Assembly (NCBI GenBank): GCA_964590575.1
Contig: CAZPWM010000056.1
Coordinates: 1-11,381, forward strand
Direction of reading: 5' to 3'
From: an uncultured archaeon
Lineage (GTDB): Archaea; Asgardarchaeota; Thorarchaeia; Thorarchaeales; Thorarchaeaceae
DNA: 11,381 nt
Shown here: positions 7,425 to 11,381 of the stretch, in pieces
How the letters are laid out: each line of letters begins with the position of its first letter
Numbering within the stretch: the first letter of the stretch is position 1
Made by a program: the position numbers and the translations under genes
Notes under the pieces: generated by a model
What the model was told of the DNA's origin: nothing
What the model saw: the letters and a program-made list of their open reading frames with translations, nothing else
The model's database searches: none

Positions 7425-7659
7425 ATCTCTAATAACTGACTAAAATCTTCTTCAAGTTTTTCCAATTCGTTGCTAAAAATCAAGATTAAACTTTTATCCT
7501 TTTTTTAAATATCTAATATTCATCTATTACTATAAACACTTGATTAAACATTGACACTCTTTATTATTTCCTTTATCATAGTATCTAGATTGCGTTTAAT
7601 CTACCAGGGGGGGTCATTGTTTTTGCTTACAATAATTGAAATCCTACTGGTTATCACTT

Positions 7660-7724
7660 GGAGCTCGAGGAAGTAGGACACGAAGTGATACACCGCTGTA
7701 TCTAGTGTGCTTTAGTTTCCGAAG
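7660..7724 (+). repeat. Direct repeat copy 2 (orphan actin 3' fragment encoding ELEEVGHEVIHRCI*)
   Basis: 340 bp downstream of copy 1. Mismatches only at 7324/7664 and 7340/7680. No upstream actin sequence is attached. Confidence 0.95.
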
Positions 7725-7756
7725 AGGGATTCATTTCCTCTTCGCTCTCTTGTTTT
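7720..7756 (+). terminator. Hairpin plus pyrimidine tract, copy 2
   Basis: CGAAGAGGGA-TTCAT-TTCCTCTTCG (10 bp, one G-U pair) followed by CTCTCTTGTTTT. Confidence 0.7.
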
Positions 7757-7816
7757 GAAATTTCTAAGACTTCTGAAAAGAGAAGATTCTTGAATCTACG
7801 ATGATATTCTTGTTCT

Positions 7817-8518
7817 ATGGACGGGAGTTTGAAGAAGAGACTGCTAGTAGTCCTAATCATTGGTACAATTGGCATCTCTGCGGTCACATTTATGGTGTTG
7901 CAATCTCAACGAGGAGTCATTATCTCTGGAACCAATCTCACATGGGCCTTCAATGAAGGTGATGAGATCTCATTCGCTGTGAATGTGACAGGGAGCGAAT
8001 CATCTTGGTATGGTGAAAACACGTTTACTGAGTTCAATTGGTCTTCTGATAATGTAACTCTACGAGTTCTTGAGTTACCCGAAATTCCAAGTAGTGTTGA
8101 TAAGAACCTCTTCATCACAGACATTATTGTACCCACGAAAATCCAATGCATCTCAACCGAGATTCCACAGAATTATTCATCCCTACTTGTTTCCATTCTA
8201 TCCAAATTTCTCCTTCCAACAGAGTCTTGGGATATGCTAGACTTGATGTTTGATGATAGTCTTCCAACAGCTGGAGGCTATCCCCCTCTAAACGACCTTG
8301 AGTTTGATACAGATTACTTTGCTGGAATTTTTTATGACTCAAGTTTCTACTTAGGACTAAGACGATTTAGTGATCGTTTTCCAAACTGGAGTACGGAAAC
8401 ATGGACTGGTTGGATAGACCTCGAATCAGGAATCCCTGATGTCGTAACCTACCAAAAGTATGTGCCTGATTGTACGGCCTCCTATTCAATATCTATGAGT
8501 GTGAGAATGAACTCTTAA
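7817..8518 (+). CDS. Hypothetical exported or N-terminally membrane-anchored protein
   Basis: KKR followed by the hydrophobic stretch LLVVLIIGTIGISAVTFMVL. The rest is acidic, rich in Ser/Thr and aromatics, with several N-x-S/T sequons (NLT, NVT, NWS, NYS). Confidence 0.8.
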   Translation: MDGSLKKRLLVVLIIGTIGISAVTFMVLQSQRGVIISGTNLTWAFNEGDEISFAVNVTGSESSWYGENTFTEFNWSSDNVTLRVLELPEIPSSVDKNLFITDIIVPTKIQCISTEIPQNYSSLLVSILSKFLLPTESWDMLDLMFDDSLPTAGGYPPLNDLEFDTDYFAGIFYDSSFYLGLRRFSDRFPNWSTETWTGWIDLESGIPDVVTYQKYVPDCTASYSISMSVRMNS

Positions 8519-8637
8519 TCACTCCAATTCAAGCCAGCTCTAGATTTCCTAAGGCGGTTTGTTATCCCTCCTCGAACCTCTTTCTTCGTTTACAAACCCT
8601 GTTGCTCTCGAAGATTAAGACGGGTATAAGTAGGATT

Positions 8638-8680
8638 AACGAAGAGGGACCTTTCCCTCTTCGTTCTCTTGTTTTCTTTC
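8638..8680 (+). terminator. Hairpin plus pyrimidine tract, copy 3
   Basis: Perfect 12-bp stem AACGAAGAGGGA-CCTT-TCCCTCTTCGTT followed by CTCTTGTTTTCTTTC. Confidence 0.75.
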
Positions 8681-8716
8681 CTGCAATTATCTGACAGTTA
8701 TCGTAGTCAAAATCAG

Positions 8717-8737
8717 AGGGCGAGACTGACCCGCCCT
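8717..8737 (-). terminator. Possible hairpin downstream of the DUF998 gene
   Basis: AGGGCG-N9-CGCCCT, 9 nt past the stop, followed on the minus strand by CTGATTTT. Confidence 0.35.
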
Positions 8738-8746
8738 ACAAGATAC

Positions 8747-9376
8747 TCACTTTCTATTTGATGTTCCCATCAAGTAGCTACCAAAGGCAATACTCCAGGC
8801 AAGAATGGGATCAATTGCCCAACGTTCCATGGACCCCTTTGCCATTCCGAGAAATGTTTCAGTTGATCCAAACGGAAGTCCTAGATATGGGATGAAAACC
8901 ATTGCTAAGATAAATGACATGAGTCCAAGGACTACTGAGATAATCGACATGGGTTTAGCTTGATAGGCATAGGAACCAACAGCTGCAAACGATCCAAACA
9001 AGATTGCTAGTAGAGTGAATACACTGTGCATGGGCTGCAGATTTGCTGGAAATACACCCACTCCCATTGCACCTATTCCACAGATAGTTAAGAGAATCGG
9101 TAGAAGTATTCTTTTTTGAGCCTTGTACAAAAAGAATGTTCCAAGTACAATGAATGCTCCTAACAAAAAGACTGATAGATTGTAAATGAACGCAGTTGGT
9201 CCAGTTCCGAGGTCACTGACATAGTCGATACGGCTACTATATCCATCATACCATGATTCTGCGGCAAGCATGCCCAAGAACCACTGAACGCCTCCGAGTA
9301 GAAAGAAGCTACCGCTTAGAGTTGTCGTATCGAACCGCTTTGTTAGACTAGTTATTGAAGTTACAGATTTAGACAT
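8747..9376 (-). CDS. DUF998-family integral membrane protein
   Basis: About 6 hydrophobic helices with GYS-x4-YVSDLG, IYN, GVGVFP, a conserved His (PMHSV) and G-x-x-ER near the C-terminus. Confidence 0.85.
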   Translation of the reverse strand: MSKSVTSITSLTKRFDTTTLSGSFFLLGGVQWFLGMLAAESWYDGYSSRIDYVSDLGTGPTAFIYNLSVFLLGAFIVLGTFFLYKAQKRILLPILLTICGIGAMGVGVFPANLQPMHSVFTLLAILFGSFAAVGSYAYQAKPMSIISVVLGLMSFILAMVFIPYLGLPFGSTETFLGMAKGSMERWAIDPILAWSIAFGSYLMGTSNRK

Positions 9377-9529
9377 CGTAATTCACGAGTATGAACATGT
9401 ATCGTATGAATATAAGACGTGGACAATCTTTGAGATACATCGTTGTCTGTGGCGCAAACTAGCTTATGATCAAAATGCCCTCTTTACTTTGTTTCTGTAT
9501 GTACTCAACAAGGAAAGTAATCACTAGTT

Positions 9530-10117
9530 CTATTTCGAGAGTTTCGCTTCCATACTAACTTGTAGATGAAACTTGTCAAGTAACTTGTCTGAGGGGTCTA
9601 GCTCTGTCGCTTTTGTCAGTGATTTGAAAGATTCTTGAACACGCCCCAATCCATAAAACGCTGCACCAAGCATATACCAGCCTTCTGCAAGATTCTTATC
9701 ACATAGAAGGGCTGATTTTACTACATTGCTAGCCTCTCGTAATTTTCCACGAAATGCATACGCTGAGGACAACAGCTTCAATGAGCGGATATCATCTGGA
9801 TCTTCTTTCAAACTCGTCTTTGCTTCTTTTTCAATTGACTTCAACTCTTTGTCATTCATCTCTGCAGAGTCTGTTTGAAGCAGTTGCCAGAGAGATATGT
9901 GGAATGGTAGCAAGGCCATCATCCTTGTTTCAAGAATAATCATGTATCTGAACTGTTTAACACCCAATGGGTCTGATTTAGGTGGCTCTCCAAGTCGAAG
10001 TTGTTTCAAGGCAGTCTTTGTAAGACTCCTTACAATGGTCTGGTCAACTTTGCTGTTGAAAAAGGATGAATTAGCCATTGTTGCCTTCATTATTCTCAAT
10101 AATGGTTCGTCAGACAT
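9530..10117 (-). CDS. Tetratricopeptide-repeat protein
   Basis: Two to three C-terminal TPRs: DPDDIRSLKLLSSAYAFRGKLREA... and AEGWYMLGAAFYGLGRVQESFKSLTKATELDPSD. Confidence 0.85.
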   Translation of the reverse strand: MSDEPLLRIMKATMANSSFFNSKVDQTIVRSLTKTALKQLRLGEPPKSDPLGVKQFRYMIILETRMMALLPFHISLWQLLQTDSAEMNDKELKSIEKEAKTSLKEDPDDIRSLKLLSSAYAFRGKLREASNVVKSALLCDKNLAEGWYMLGAAFYGLGRVQESFKSLTKATELDPSDKLLDKFHLQVSMEAKLSK

Positions 10118-10217
10118 GAGTTCCCCCTCAAGATAGTACTACATCTGAAGGTGAGAGTCTCTGATTCATCTCTTATCCCAACTCATTGTTGTCTCCTATG
10201 AAACTCATCCTTCCCTT

Positions 10218-11381
10218 TCATTTACGCCGGAACCAGATTAGAGCTCCAATTACAACAACAACTCCTGCCACAGAAAGTCCACCAAAGAGAATAAGCGGAT
10301 CAATAGATCCCCCTCCATTCGGTGTCGTTGTTGTAGCACCAGTAGCGATGAACATGAATGACTCATGACTCCAGACACCATCCGAATTAAGAGCATACAC
10401 ATCAAGCGTGTGCTCGCCATTGGCATTAGGAAATCCGGTCAATTCCGTCTGATTCTCACCTGAATCCCATGAGAAATACTTCTCCACAGGAACCTCACTG
10501 AACAATATGACTGGCATTGTCCCTACTGGTTTTGTAGCTCCATTAGGAATTATACGATGTTCAATCTCAATGGGTCCAGAATAGGGCAGTTGGTAATTAT
10601 GAGCAACAGACCCATCCAGCTTGATAGCTGTAATATTGATATGACTTGAACTCACATCTGTTCTCACATAATGGTAGTAACCGCCGCCCCATGTTGGAGT
10701 GTTGTAGAGCGGTGCTCCACCACCACCAGAAATAATCTGAACGAGTCCATTTACAGTGAGTCTGTTGAAACAATGATCGTGTCCAGTGATCAGTAGTGAA
10801 ACATTATGTTGTGTATAGAGTGCCAGAAGCGCATCTCTTTCTGCTGCTGGAATCTCGTTATATGAATCATCAATGTGCACAACTGGGTACATCGGACGAT
10901 GGATAACAACGAACTTCATCTCACTACTAGTCGTTTCTAGGTCATTTTCAAGCCAAGTGAGTTGATCCCCAACTATTCTTCCTTCATATCCCTTCTCCTC
11001 TGATGTCAACATTGTGAAGTGAACTCCAGCATAGTCAAATGAATAGTAGGGTGACGGCTCTCCATATAGTACAAATGAGTCAAAAAAGTATTCCAGCTTT
11101 AGAGTTCCAGTTTTAGCTCCGGTATCATGGTTACCTATCACAGCATAAATCGGGGCATAGTGCCCAATAGTATCGCTGATGTTAGTAAAATATTCCCATG
11201 CTAGGAGATTATCCGCATGATTATCAGTCACTTCCATGACAAAGTCTCCGGACATGATGACTATGTGGGGATCCTCTGCTATAATCATCTGAGCAAGTTG
11301 AGCAAACTCTGCAGGTTGTTCAGAGGTCTCACTCGGTCGATTATCTCCTATCAGTATCATCTTGAAGTTGTCACCATCTGC
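10218..11381 (-). CDS. Calcineurin-like metallophosphoesterase (purple acid phosphatase-like) with a C-terminal membrane anchor; 5' end outside the window
   Basis: Motifs GDNR, GDFV, GNHD, HRPMY, GHDH and SGGGG. The C-terminus has a TTTTPNGGG linker, a TM helix and RRK. The frame stays open to the window edge (ADGDNFK before MILIGD). Confidence 0.9.
   Translation of the reverse strand, partial: ADGDNFKMILIGDNRPSETSEQPAEFAQLAQMIIAEDPHIVIMSGDFVMEVTDNHADNLLAWEYFTNISDTIGHYAPIYAVIGNHDTGAKTGTLKLEYFFDSFVLYGEPSPYYSFDYAGVHFTMLTSEEKGYEGRIVGDQLTWLENDLETTSSEMKFVVIHRPMYPVVHIDDSYNEIPAAERDALLALYTQHNVSLLITGHDHCFNRLTVNGLVQIISGGGGAPLYNTPTWGGGYYHYVRTDVSSSHINITAIKLDGSVAHNYQLPYSGPIEIEHRIIPNGATKPVGTMPVILFSEVPVEKYFSWDSGENQTELTGFPNANGEHTLDVYALNSDGVWSHESFMFIATGATTTTPNGGGSIDPLILFGGLSVAGVVVVIGALIWFRRK

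Noticed and set aside
7430-7659. Replication origin (AT-rich region with a G-string)
   Set aside because: No recognisable ORB consensus (TCCA-x-x-GGAAA type) repeats and no orc1/cdc6 gene nearby.
8566-8590. Short inverted similarity to the actin 3' end (reverse complement AAGAAAGAGGTTCGAGGAG) and possible anti-terminator pairing with 8638-8645
   Set aside because: Short, gapped and low-complexity purine/pyrimidine sequence, compatible with chance.
7320-8680. CRISPR array suggested by recurring repeats near a CARF-like gene
   Set aside because: Only 2-3 copies, spaced 340 and about 920 bp apart. The repeat is actin coding sequence plus terminator, and there are no cas genes.
108-10368. Small alternative-frame ORFs in the track (e.g. 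108-404, 847-1053, 1333-1608, 2242-2520, 3834-4310, 5670-6017, 6008-6202, 6957-7316, 7702-7887, 8470-8694, 9897-10136)
   Set aside because: They are antisense or off-frame shadows of well-supported genes, or cross promoters and terminators, and show no motifs.

Overview
Archaeal chromosomal window, most likely from an Asgard archaeon (Thorarchaeia-like is an inference), judged from a full-length eukaryote-like actin gene (6226-7365), archaeal TATA-like boxes and GGAGGTG-type ribosome-binding sites. In order it holds: the 3' end of a probable sugar-nucleotidyltransferase; a CDP-alcohol phosphatidyltransferase; a hypothetical protein; a cytoplasmic FG-GAP beta-propeller; a small Cys-rich protein resembling the primase PriL Fe-S domain; a SAMHD1-like HD hydrolase; a minus-strand pair (wHTH + CARF-like regulator, then a Mini-RNase III-like nuclease) transcribed divergently from actin; actin; an AT-rich spacer bounded by a 47-bp duplication of the actin 3' end; three related hairpin terminators; an exported protein; a DUF998 membrane protein; a TPR protein; and a 5'-truncated membrane-anchored metallophosphoesterase. 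The most notable items are the wHTH-CARF/RNase III/dNTPase cluster next to actin with no CRISPR genes, and the att-like duplication of the actin 3' end. All family calls come from motifs read by eye; no database search was run.
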